A stretch of 63,123 nt of DNA, the filler included, from Nemertoderma westbladi (lineage: Eukaryota > Animalia > Xenacoelomorpha): assembly GCA_032718475.1 (NCBI GenBank). It is 3 parts of 3 records of this genome, joined end to end, with 100 filler letters (N's around TTAATTAATTAA, not from the genome) between each part and the next. Parts side by side here need not be neighbours in the genome. Positions count along the whole stretch, not along the records: positions 45,765 to 63,123 come from JAUCBJ010005595.1; 2 more parts are not named here. One strand, written 5' to 3'. Positions 46,801 through 60,100 of this stretch are shown in pieces. Positions within the stretch are counted from its first letter, which is position 1. Each line of letters starts with the position of its first letter. A program made the translations under genes and the position numbers. The notes beneath the pieces were generated by a model that made no database searches, was not told the origin of the DNA, and worked only from the letters and a program-made list of their open reading frames with translations.

Positions 46801-48684
46801 CTATAAATAGTAGTTGTACAGTGTTACAATACAGTGGTGATCATACCATAACTAAGAAATCCTTCTATATTCTCTCAGCAGATGCCAGGTTCCCATTGTA
46901 CCGCTGTGCTGGTTTGATTAAGCACTAATATGTAAAGTGTCTTGCTTAGGGAGACAACAATGCGAAATTCCTATAGCTTCCAATATTGTCGGATTTGAAC
47001 CTGTATTTTCGAACTCATATACACTGTATACACTCAACACTTTTACACTGCGATATAACAGCACTATGCTCATTTATGTTTTTTAACTTTAAGCTATTAT
47101 TACCATCAGGCGTAATTTTAATTCCCGCTGATGGAAGTAAACTAATACTTACAATGATTTCCGATTTCTGCATATATTGTCACACACCACCAAGCGGAAC
47201 GCGTGATATCGAATATTAACAAATACACTCTATGTACTGATATTTCAGTGTAATTTTACCACAAATTAAATTTAGATTAAACTGTTAAAATGTAATCCTC
47301 TCGATAATGGTTAAACCTCTATAAATTGATTGCATTAAACCAATAAGTAGGATCCATTCTAACTGATGTTTGCATTTAAGACATTGTATTTAGTGATGTA
47401 ACAGAACAAATTAAGAATTGTATCCTGAGTCATTGAATCATGCGTAGCAAATTAAAAATGATATAACAGACAGACGCAGCAACACATATTTTACTCTACA
47501 ATTGGCTTACCTTATGGAATTAATGATGAGATTGAATCATTCCTTTAGTGTATCAGAATATTCTAATCAAATAATTCCAATTCGGGGGAGATTCAACTTG
47601 GGAAAATTATCCCTGAACTTTATTGAGTTCGATTAGTCTGAATGTTTGATGCGCATACACTAAGATACAGTACTGTATGTCATTTATAGCAATAAATCTT
47701 AAATTATTACTGAAGTTATTACTAATTGTAAACTAATACAACTTAATATATATATTTAAAAATTATTGTTTTCGAAATGATTATTAAATTGTGTTGTGTA
47801 TTGGAATTTTACCACTCAATTAATAAACAAACATAGGTTCACAAAGCGCCACTCAAGTCTACACAAGCAGTAGCTCTGAAGGACGTCGGACATGTACCTA
47901 CTAAAGTTACGGTTAGGAATGTAAGTATAGCTATGCGTTATTGGCAGTAAACTATAGCAATCACTATCACACCATGGGTCTCTCTCTCGGTACTCTATTA
48001 AATATAGGTCTACCATTGTCTCCTCTCCACAGGGAAGCCACCAAAATCCCACCTCCTCCCCATTATCAATAGCTACACAATGATTGACGTATGACGACTG
48101 CCAAACTACCCACTATGGGCGGACTTGTCTACTATTGTTCGGCCTTTGGCTTGATTTATTGTAACACCCGCTGGGCTCAAACCCTGACAAATATTAATTA
48201 ATCGTTAATCCTAAAATATAATACCCCGGGGGCCATTCTCCGGAAAAATGTGTACAATTTGTATGTATATTGAATATTTATATACATTTTAATTATATAT
48301 ATATGCCTCGGGATGTGTAATATAAATTTATTCTTCAACATTTCAGCAGTATATGTCAATAGTTAACACAAACATGTACTTGGTTAGTTAGGGATGGTTT
48401 TACAACCCTACATCCTCAATCAAATCGTGTAGGCCTGCAAATATGCAATATATGATATGCAATATAACCCAAAAATATTTCAAACTTTTGAGCACAAGAG
48501 AACATAGATTTGTACTGTTGTCTCAGGTGTCTGTTTAAAGGGGGGATGTAGTGGACCATTCCATTTCATATTGTGTCAGTAGATTTCGTCGTGTCTGTGC
48601 AGTTCGGAAATCCCTCAATTATTCTTGTGCACTGGAATCCCTGTCTAATCAATCTCACTCTGGGCGCGACCAGGAGGGGTCCGA

Positions 48685-49103
48685 TTGTTTAGAGCAGCAG
48701 TAGTTCCAGTACTCCTCTGAGTCCATGCTGGGCTCTAACTGCTGAGGACACCAAATCTCTGGATGGCACATTCACAAGAATGCTACGCCGGGTTGGAGGT
48801 GTCTCATTGGTTCCCCCAAGCTTGACACTAGAACAAAATCGCCTCCGCTTTGCAGGACATTGCTTTCGCCGTGAGGACCAACCAGTGCATAATATTGTAC
48901 TTTGGCAGCCTCATGGAGTGAATAAGCATGGTGGACAGCCCATGACTTTCTTGAGACGCATCTTAAAGGACACTGGCCTTGAAGATGCGGATGATCTAGC
49001 AAATGTCATGGGTGATAGGGAGTTGTGGCGGTGCAATTTTGTCGATAAGCCGGCACAGCATTCTTAAAAATGCAGCTGCAATGCAGCATGCCGATCCTAG
49101 TAG
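48685..49103 (+). mobile_element. RTE family A, 3' fragment
   Basis: ORF 48780-49067 matches 32358-32909; ends GCCGATCCTAGTAG. Confidence 0.92.
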
Positions 49104-50337
49104 ACCAGGGGCCCTGTTGTCGGTAAATCCAGTCCACGAGGTTTTGGTATGGATACCAGGGGAGTGTCAATGAAAGAGTGGTTTTGTGGTAACGTTGTAT
49201 ATTTGATCGAATACCACGAATGTTATCTCAAGTACTTTGAGGGTAGTGTAAATAATTTCACCAATAATACCAATAAGTTAAATAAATACACAAAGTAATA
49301 TCACCGAGAGGATGGGATATTTGATGTAGCTAATCAATACACAAGAATAAACCACCGGTAAATACAATCAATATTGACAACATCTGACTAATCTGTTACT
49401 AAAACCTTTCCTCAACTTCATCCTATGAAACGAGCTGTAAGGGGCGTTTCTCTGCCTTTCTACCCCCGCTACAGACCTACTGTAACCTAATCTAACTATA
49501 ATAGCACTTCCCGTTGGGCCTCTCTGTAATTACACAGCGTTTGTTCAGTACAAAACGCTACACATTGCTTTTGTTTGCTCACTTCTTATAGTATCTCTAA
49601 ATGTCACTCCGTTCATACCAATCACACAATCATGCCATAATTAACTCCATTTTAGAGCCACTATTGTACCCAGTGTTATTATTTCTCTTCTATTGCCACG
49701 ATATTGGTTTTATCTATTCGTTCGCAAATTGTACTGAAAAACCGTAGCATACCCTGTCCTGTTTTTCCGAGGTATCCCGACCAATGCCTCAATCGGCCAG
49801 TTTATATTCTTAAGAAAAGAGAAAAATCACGTATTCTAGTACATGTAGTAGGTAGTGTATGAGACAACTGTAGTTCCCTCCTGGCACCACGATGACAGTC
49901 TAGTATTGTGGTACAACCACTTGTGTATGTGGATCAGAAAGTACAGGTTAACGTTGAAGACATAAAGCTTAGGCAATGGCCAGTGGCGCCGGAAATTTTT
50001 TGAAAGGGCGGTGGCAGCATTAAAAAAAAGGCACAAAATGAATGGTTACAATGGCGGTGTTTTACTGTATCTATTGTGGCGGGTATACCAGTTATCAGGT
50101 ATCACTACATGTTCTCGGCAGCGAGCAGCCCTCAGGTGCAGGGTACATGACTATGACTGCACATTAATTGAGCTCAATAAATAGGTCTTCGGTATATTAT
50201 CCTGGGTGTGGGATATCAGCATTAGGACTACTTGAAACTGATAGTAAAATCACCCAGCAGTACCGGTAGTAGTTGAAAACTATTGTTAGTTTTGCTCGCA
50301 GTGAGCTAAGACCGATCCATTAGACGTTACACATGAC

Positions 50338-51305
50338 GTGGGGTCTTCGCGCAGCATGTATCTGACATAAAATTATACTACTACTATAATCGGCCCGCTG
50401 CATTGGAGCTGCATATTAAGATGCTATGCTGGCTTAACAAAAAATATTTTTGCCACCAAATACCATGCAATTCTCAATTGGAATGCCCCAATGCAGCCTT
50501 GGCCATTCTGCCTTATATTGATATATTCTGTTCAGTATAATCTGGAAAGAATCTAAGGCTTTACCACCTAGAGGCAGACTGGATTACTACAGTCAATTTA
50601 CAAAACTCATTCTGAGGTCTACAATATATGTGCCAATAATCAGGAAGGAATGAATATAAAAGATAATAGTGAAATATTTTCAATTCAGCCCACTAGCGGT
50701 GGACTGGAGAACTACCGAGGTTTACCGTCCCAACAAATTTTTGGTCTTCGGTCTAGCACGTATATCTGCCAAGTTTTGGCCTGAACGAATAACAAATTAC
50801 GAAATGAGAGAAAGTTACCACTTTCATTCATTTCGCCCTCTAGCAGTATACCGGACAACTTCAGACTGATTACCGACCCTATAAAGACACAAGATGTGTT
50901 CTTGCAAATATCCGACAAGTTTCAGCTTGATCGGATCATAAATAACTGAATGGGTGAAGGGTTTTACTTTGAGACATTTCGCCCTCGAGAGGCAGCCAAG
51001 AGAACTGCAGACGGATTTGCCTCGTTTGAATGACAAGTTAATGTTCTAGTACAAATCTGCCAAGTTTCTGTTTCAACTTTGAACCTAATAAATGCAAAGA
51101 AATTGAAGGACATTTAATGTTAAAATACTTTTGGTCTTATTCATGCCTACAAATTTTCAAATCGACAGCTTTAAATCCGACATGGTAATTAGCATGTCCT
51201 AATGGTAACGCAAACGACGACGACGACAACTATTTGCCATTACTGACCTAACCCCCTACCATTGCCAGTTACGAAGGCTCCGCCAACATCGTGGCTCGCC
51301 CCACA
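50338..51305 (-). mobile_element. DINE-1/HINE-like element related to 30640-31985
   Basis: GTGGGGTCTTCGCGCAGCA at the left, AAGGCTC...CGTGGCTCGCCCCAC at the right, internal CCAAGTTT subrepeats, (GAC)n run. Confidence 0.45.
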
Positions 51306-52329
51306 AGAATGGAACCTCAGCCCAGGTAGTTCGTTCGTGGTCTGTCTGCTCCCCACCAGACATACACATAGAGCACTCCGACAATAATAATGTACTGTAT
51401 AGGTAATATGCAGCTCAGTGCAGCAGAACAGATGTATACCACTACTCCTAATCGATATTATATCCACCCTCCTCCCCTAACCCTCAATTGATCTCACACT
51501 TGGCCAGGAATATACAGTAGTGAGAAATTGTGTATGGTATGGATATGAAAGTCATTGTTTACAAATTTATTGCTTTAATTTAGTATAAACTAGGAATGTG
51601 GATTCTTACATTTTTACGCATTAAATTTGGGGCTACGTTAAATCACAAGAGCACTGTCTGCCCCCCCCCCCCCCCCCCCACCTCCCCCTGGTTTCAGGGC
51701 AGGGGGGGGGGGGGGGGGGCAGTTGCCCCCGATGCCTCCGTGCTTTCAGCGCCACTGGCAATGGATTAAATGGCCGGCCCACAATTGGGAAAAAAACTAT
51801 GGAAAAAATTTCCTATGGAAAAAACCGAAATTCAAGGTTCGATTATTTAGAGCAGCAGCCAGCTGCAGAACCATCCATCCCCCAATATCTAAAGCCATTC
51901 AGTACTAGGCTTTTACAGAATTATTTTGGCGGGAAATTTGTATTACACTGGATCCAGTTTCGGCTCGACGCCTAGCCTGTAATGTAATGTGTAGTACTGT
52001 AACAGTACTGCCAACTATTTGTGCCACTATAGCACCTAACAGATTAACGCGAGTTTATCACACTATTCATAATATTTTTCACAAGTAGTGGCTGACATAG
52101 TAAACCCTCTTACAGTACTGGGTGGGATATGCAGAAAGTATTACCAATGATACTTCCACGGTAGACAGTAGCTGTGATAGTTCCGATATTTTTTCTGTAA
52201 TATTTATTTCTCGCGAGTTTCCAATTTAAATCGACATAAAAGGAATGTGCAGTACAAATGTGACGGAAACTAATACACTTTTATAATTTTTTTTTTGTTT
52301 ATGTTTTTTATTTTTGTTTTTCGAGGGAG

Positions 52330-52543
52330 ACGCTGAAGAGACCCAGTAAGGTCGAAACGCGTACGTGGTTTGGAGAGATATGAGATATTAATTTCAAAAA
52401 AAATTACGCGATACCTAAATTTGTTCACTACCCGGTTAAAAAGTACGCATGTGATGGGATTAGCCCTACACTACACTACATAAGTTATTTTCGGTAAAAT
52501 AAACTTATCATTCGAATTTAAGACCCTAAATCCCTTCGTATAA
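52330..52543 (+). mobile_element. Hammerhead SINE, 5'-truncated copy retaining the ribozyme core
   Basis: ACG-CTGAAGA-GACC(CAGTAA)GGTC-GAAA-CGCG-TA-CGTGG followed by the shared body; tRNA head absent, stem I reduced to 3 bp. Confidence 0.85.
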
Positions 52544-54181
52544 CAAATGAATACTAATACACTTGTCAGTCTGTATCCTGCGTGTATATCGGCAAGAAAG
52601 TATCTACATATTAGTCAGTAAAGATGTTGTTGGACAGAGGAGTTTCAACCTGGTGAAGACATACAAAATTCTAATGAATTTAATCAATTGGCCTGATAAG
52701 TAAAGAAGTATAGCATGGATAGTGTATATCATAGTATAGTACGCATATGCGTACTACACACTCTACTACCGTTAGTACTACTGTAGACTAAGGATAAATA
52801 AATGAAGGCGTAGGGCCTTAACAATCTACTCATTTGTTAAGCTCAATTAAGATGACAAGAGAGCGTGGCATGTACTGTACTGTACATATAGATTGCATGG
52901 ACGTGTCCTTTGTCGAGACATCGCGTAGTGATGTACAGAGCGTGTGGAGCATTACACACAACACGCCACACACGGGAAGAGAAATAGATGAAGCGCAGCA
53001 CATTGGGAATCTAGACTTTGAAGTGCAGCGCCTTTGGTAGAACTCAACGTCAGGATTTAAGCCTGACATGTTCAATATTTGATAAAACTTTGATCAAATT
53101 TTGATCAAAAGAACAGTTTTTAAAGAGCATGACTGTATTATTTATACTGATGCAATGTGATTTTCGTCGATTTCCCCCCGGAGAGGGGATGCATTTTAAA
53201 TGCTTTGAAAGTACCCCAACCCCCCCCCCCCCCCCCACCCTGGCGATGAAGTCAGCGAGATAAGTATTTGAGTACCGCTATTACATTTAACCATTAGCTG
53301 TCGTTCAGTTGGTCTGTCTGCCTTTTTTCTGTCTGTATGTAACTTGGTCTCTCACCTATCGGCTAATGTCTGAAGGAATACAGTAATACAGTAACTTCGA
53401 ACTGTGTGTCTGTCTGTCGGTCTGCCTGCCTTTTTCTCTTTAGCTCTGTCAAAAAGCTTTCTGCATGTCTGTCAAACTTTGATGAAAGTATGACGTAGCT
53501 TTGGTACAGTAACTTCCAACACTGTCTCGGTCAAAAGTCTGAAATATAATTTGCATGGCGGTTGCACTCAACTGTTCTCCTTTCACCCGCTAAAGAGCGA
53601 CTATGCAATAGTTGAAATAGTACAGTAGTACCCTTATGTAACGCTTGCTTACGTGGTCCTAAGTGAAGGCCACCGCGAACGAATATTATAGTGCATACAT
53701 TCCGACTATATCAAGTAATGTTGAAATATTGGTATGTAATAATAATATTGTTATGTGTTGCAACACTGCGCGTTGTCATTGTGTTACAATAGTGGTAGGT
53801 CAGCGGGTTACATAGCAATGTAGGTAAGGTTGCATGGGTATGCTGTGATGTATTCTATGTAACAGCATGATATATTCCATCTCTTATTCCAGCTCATCAT
53901 TGATCTGTTAATCCTCTCAACATTGTATGAAAGGCATAGAGAGGGAGGCCACCAACGACTAGTGTGCGTTCTGTAATTATTATTGATGAGTTTAGCTCTA
54001 ACATCTGTGGGAGTAGGAAGGGTTCTCAATGAATGATCTCATCAACTTTATAACACATATTCACGAATGACCTCATTACATTTCAACAATCAACTTACTT
54101 TGATCTAACTATATATTTATTTAATAGCAACTGTAGAATAATTATTGTTTACTTGTATTGTTTGTGGTACATCAATCGACA

Positions 54182-57100
54182 ATGCATTTATCTGGCGCTG
54201 TTCTGCCAGGTGTTCTCTGGGGTATTGCAGTGGCTATCTGGTCAGCCACTTTGCTCAGCGGTCAGGAGTTGCTTGGCTGTACACCGGAGATACAGTTGTA
54301 CGACGATGATGACCAGGGTGAGGTTGGGGCTTTTAAATCCTACACATCGAGCGCGGACACTGCTACACTAACAGCTGACTCTATGAACGACTTGACCTCT
54401 TCTGTGAGAGTTTCTTGTGGGATGTGAGTTGATTAACATAAATTGTTAACATTTTATATGTTCTAGTTACATATATATGTTACATATACTGTAGTTACAT
54501 ATAGGTCCAATTTTTCACCTCTTAAATTTTCAATCTCATTATTAATAATCAATTTTTGTTTTTAGATTAGTTTATAACGGGGGTATGTACACTGATCGAA
54601 GTGGCAGTTATACTGAATTACACCATGTCCTGGTGATTCATATATCGTTCATAGCTGAAATGAGATATCTCCTTACATTTGGAAAGTTGCTTTAATTAAA
54701 GATTACACATATTTATTTTATCTCCAAGGCAATACTTAGTACAGTAGTAGGCCTACCTAATAAGTTCTTTAGATACTGAGTTCGACACTATATTCCAGGA
54801 CATGGTGTAGTGATGTTGATAAATCATATAAATTTTATTTAATATATTTAATATATTTCTTTCTCTCACAACTTACTATATATTGCACACAGGATACAAA
54901 TACTGTATATATAATACATATAATATAATATAATATAATATGCAAAGGCACAGGCAATAGCGGGGCTAGTTGAGCCTGGACAGAAACAGAACAATAGCAA
55001 TACCTAAAGAACCAAAAATACCAAGACCAATAATAATAATAATAATAATAATAAATGATATTTGTATTTGGTGTTGCAGGCGCCCTTAGGGAGTATTTAC
55101 ACTCTTATCAGGGCGCCTGCAGCTGCCACACTAATCTAATTTACAATTACCGGTAAACAAAAGGGTTTTCAGTTCGCGCCTAAATGAGTCATAGGTCATC
55201 ATGGATTCAGTTGATCGGGTCGATGGCGGTAGTTTATTCCACAAACGAGGGGCAAACGAGTAGAAGCTCTTCGATGCTAGGGTGTTTTTCACAAGTGGGA
55301 CAGAAAGCTTTGAGAGATTGCTGGATCGCAACGTACGGGTATCCTCAAGGATAGATATTTCATTGCACAAATAAGTCGGGGCAGTCCCAGACAGACATTT
55401 AAATGTGATACAAGCAAGCTTATAATTAATCCGTGATTCAATGGGCAGCCAGTGAAGGGATTTCAGCATTGCCGTTGCCGAGGTGTACTTGTATTGTCCA
55501 TTGATAACACGATATCGCGGAGAATGAGTAACCAATCTTGCAGCGCTGTTTTGTATCATTTGTAGACGTTTAACTACTGATTTAGCGGATGTTTTAAGGA
55601 CAGCGTTTGAATAGTCGATTCTGCTGGTTATGAATGCGTGGACTAGGGTTTCTAGAGCTGAAGTTGTAAGGTAAGGCCGAATTTTATACAAAGACCGGAT
55701 ATAATATTTCGATTTCGCTGCTGTTGCTACTATCTGATCTTTAAATTTCAATTCACTATCAAACACAACTCCGAGAGATTTAACCTTATCAGAGAAATCT
55801 ATCTTAACGTTTCTGTATACAATTGTTCTAGCATTCAGAGGTATCTTCATTCTTTGTTGTTTCGTGCCATATACAATCAGTTCAATCTGGGTTAATTTGT
55901 AGGTGATTAACGTCCATCCAATCAGCAACAATATGTAGCACAGCAGTGATACGAGTCTTCAGGGTCTCTATATCTTCAGCATATCCAGTCACAAAGAATT
56001 GTGTGTCATCAGCATAGTTAGCACCTTTCACTCCTAATGCATCCACACGCCAGAACAGGTCAGTCATATACGCATTATAAAGTGCTGGCCCAAGGATACT
56101 TCCCTGAGGCACGCCGGTTTGAAGCAATGTTTTATCAGATGTACTCTCATCAATTTTCACGCATTGATGTCTGTCAGCTAAATAGGACTCAAAGAGATTA
56201 AGTGCAGTACCAGTGAACCCAAATTCTTTACTGAGCTTAAATATAAGGTTTTTGTGATGGACAGTGTCAAACGCCGCACTCAAATCAATATAGGAGCACA
56301 AAGTAACTTGTTGATTTTCTATTCCCTTAAGAAATTTATTTAGAAGAAATAGATTAGCAGTTTCAGTGGAATGGTGCCGTCTGTAACCAGACTGTGTCTG
56401 GTGAAAAGCTAGCTGTGGTGTAGCTCTATAAAGTATCACTTTCTCAACTACCTTAGATAAGAAACTAAGGTTTGACACTGGTCGATAATTTTTTAATATC
56501 TCAGCATCCAACTCCGGTTTCTTTAAGAGAGGTCTTACGATAGACAGTTTAAGAAAGGCTGGGAATTCCGCATCTGCTAAAACCATGTTTATATACATCG
56601 TTAAGGGCTGAATAACAACGGGAATTACTGATTTAAATAAAGGCGTTGGCATACAGTCCAGTTCGCAAGTTGCATTTGACATCTTCCTTATGAGTTGAGC
56701 TAAGTCCTCCTCTTGAAAAGGCTGAAATTCACAAAAGTCTGTTTTATATAATTTTGGGAGATTATTACATCGACTGCTCGTATTGAATGTCAACATAATA
56801 GTGTTAATTTTTTCAGTGAAAAAATGTGAGAACTTTGTTGCCAACTCAGCACTATTGCCATGCTTAGTCGGTAAAACAAGGTTTCCTCCCTTTCCCAATA
56901 ACCTTTTGAACTGTTTCCACAGAAGTTTTGAGTTAGTCGAATTGGTATTAATATAATCGCAGTAAAACGCCCTTGTAGAATCGCGAAGCAATTTCGCTAG
57001 GTCCAACTTTGCTATATTTAAATTAACTTTGTTCTGCTCAGTCCGTTCTTTGTGAAACGCAAGTTCACACCATCTCTTCTCCTTCCGTTTAGTCTGGATC

Positions 57101-60100
57101 CCCTCCCTATCTTCCTCCCTGATTTTCGAGTGTTTAGTGTTGATCTTTACAATCTTCTCTTTCATGGGAACATGTCATTCAAACAAATTCCTCAGGTTCT
57201 TTACCCACGCCTCAAACCCTTTGCATGTTAAATCTCCACTACTCTTATCCAATCCATTAACTTTCAGCTCCGTTATAAATTTATCCTTATCAAAGACCAA
57301 TAATCTAACCAACATAATGTAGACATACAGTACTGTCGTACTAAAGACACATAGTTTAAAAATATAAGTCATTTTATTATGAAAAGTAGTACTGGCTTTA
57401 CAATTTTTGTCTTTAATTTTTTTTTCTAATTCATCTCGAGCAGATTTTTATCAAGATTCACAATTTGAAATCGTTTAGGAAGATCTCTCTAACTTCTCGG
57501 AGGTAGGGCTGTCTGTCCTTCAGTGTGTCTCCAAATCAATATAAAGCATAGGGTATACTATCTGTCTAAAAAAAATCCTTATATTGGTTTTCGAAGTCGG
57601 TGACTCCATTTCTGATGTCAGTAGGACTTATAAAATCAGGCTTGATCGTTTCTGTCTTTATGATTGTCCGTCAATATATATCTGACAGCCAAGCAGAAAA
57701 TTTGGAAGTCGTCAAATGTTAAAACTGACACTTTAAATTAAATCAACAAAATTCAAAAAACCAATTGGTCTACCTGAAAGCCCAATTAATTCTGGTTGGG
57801 ATGCAAGAATATTTGGCCTATATAGTAATCTGATACTAAAATATGCAAATTTGAAATATTTAGCATTGCCCTGCAACCTGGCGGTGCGGAGTGGAGGTCA
57901 AGAACATTGCTTAACTGATGTAACGAGATGGATTCGTACTATATTAGTATTTAATAAATTATAGCTTTAGCTTAGCTGAGATATAGGCCTACTAGTAACA
58001 CAAGACTGCTGTCAGCTGATCACTGATTTCATGCAACCATCTAGGCCAAGTTTGCTTTATATTTATTTTGTACATACTTTGGTCCTTGGATACCTACCGG
58101 TAAGGTTTTTACTTAACTTGCTTGACAATAAATAATATAATTATCAATTAACATTAATGCTTCTTTGTTCACTTCAATTTATTATATATCTCTGCTTAGA
58201 TTATATACATTAATCGTAAATTATTTAATAATTCTACTGCAAATGTTGTTATTATATAATTGTTTATAACAAGTAACATAATAATAATTCATTTTCACAG
58301 CTGGATATTGTACCAGGGCGACGGTGTAGGCGACAACTACATCGTTGAATTCGGGGATTACTCAGCCAAAGATTTAACAGAGCTCGATAACCAACTCAGC
58401 TCTATACTTCTTCTTCCAAAGAACGGCATTACTTTATTTCAAGACCGCGACTTTCGAGGTATATATTTCGTTATGTCAAAAACATATTGTTTAAAAAATA
58501 CATCTCATTATTTATATGTCCAGGAGAATTTACTTTAATTTCCCAGAGTAATAATGGTTACGTTGAGGTTGAGGTTCTATAATTATAATTTTTTACAAGT
58601 CGGAGAGAAGATATTAATAATTTCAGGGTATTTTAAGAAGACTTACTGAGATTGAATCGCCAGAAATCTCGAATTCTCTAATAAGAACATAACATTTAAC
58701 TAACAATGTGAAAGTTTTCTAGAAATACATACTGTACTGTACTTGACAAAGTACCGTAATGCCCAACAGGTATTCAATAGTTAACCAACAGGCTCAGGTT
58801 GTCCAGTTAGTTAGGACGTGGGTCTTTCAAGCAGAATTTTCATGAGTTCGAACACCAGAAAAGTACCACCCCTATATTGTTCGAAAAGCTGTTGACTTCA
58901 AGGAATTAGCCGCATCCCACCTAGCAGATCTGTAATGGTGAGTATGTTGGGGGAGTAAAGAAATGGTTAGATAGTGAAAGTATTCGATATACATACCATA
59001 AGGAGTACAGTGAGGAGGGAGGGGGGGGGGGGACACGCTAATTAAATGTTCAGTATGTTGTGGTTGCCGAACTCCAATAAAGAAACATTAAAATCATGTC
59101 CAATCATAAAGCGAGTGGATTAGATTAATTCCCTGCATAAGAATGGAAAACATAGTGCTAAACAGACCAATATTGAATGTTTGCAACCGAATGATGAAAG
59201 GGGAAATTAGAAAGAATTAGACCTCACATATGGAAACTGCTGCGTAAGAGCCAAAACGGATTTCGACCAAATAGATTAACAATAGCTCAGATACTTGCGC
59301 TACAGCGACTGATTGAGCGAGGGAATTAATTCAAAGAATCTCCCGGCTCTCCTGACTTTTGTGGACTTCAAGAAAGGATTCGACTCCATTCATAGAGATA
59401 AAATGCTGGAAATCCTAAGAGCTTATAAAATACCCGAAGTAATTGTCGCTGGTATTGGATTGTTATTATGTGACAGTGACATAGAAGCTCAGGTACTCTC
59501 ACCAGATGTTGAAACTGAGTTCTACTCAATTATGGCTGCCTGACATTCTGCAAGGTGTCACCTTGGTGCCATTATTATTCGTAATTGTACTGGATTACAC
59601 AACAAAGGGTGAAGATCTGAGATTGACATTACTAGAATGCAGAAGTAGTAGATATCTGGCAATTACAGTCACAGACACCAACTTTGTGGATGACAGCTAG
59701 CATAGAGTTACAGCTTCTACTGAATAAAGTCGAGAGGGCTGCTAAGTAGGCTAATAAACTTCGATTGCATATAAATGCTACCAAAACCGAATTCATGACT
59801 TGTAATGTTGATGGAAACTTGACAACCATTGATAATAATCAACTAAGGAAGGTCAAAGACTTCCAGTACCTTGGATCATGGATAGAGAGTAGCGAAAAGG
59901 ACATAGAAGTTAGGAAAGCAAAGGCTTGGGTAGCTCTATCAAAAATGGATACCATCTGGAAATCAGATCTCTCCAGGCACCTGAAGACTAAGTTCTTTCG
60001 AGCCACAGTGGAAAGAGTATTTTTATACCGGGTGAGACTTGGACACGGACTAAATCTCTTGAACAACGAATTGATGGTTGCTACACAAGACTACTAAGGG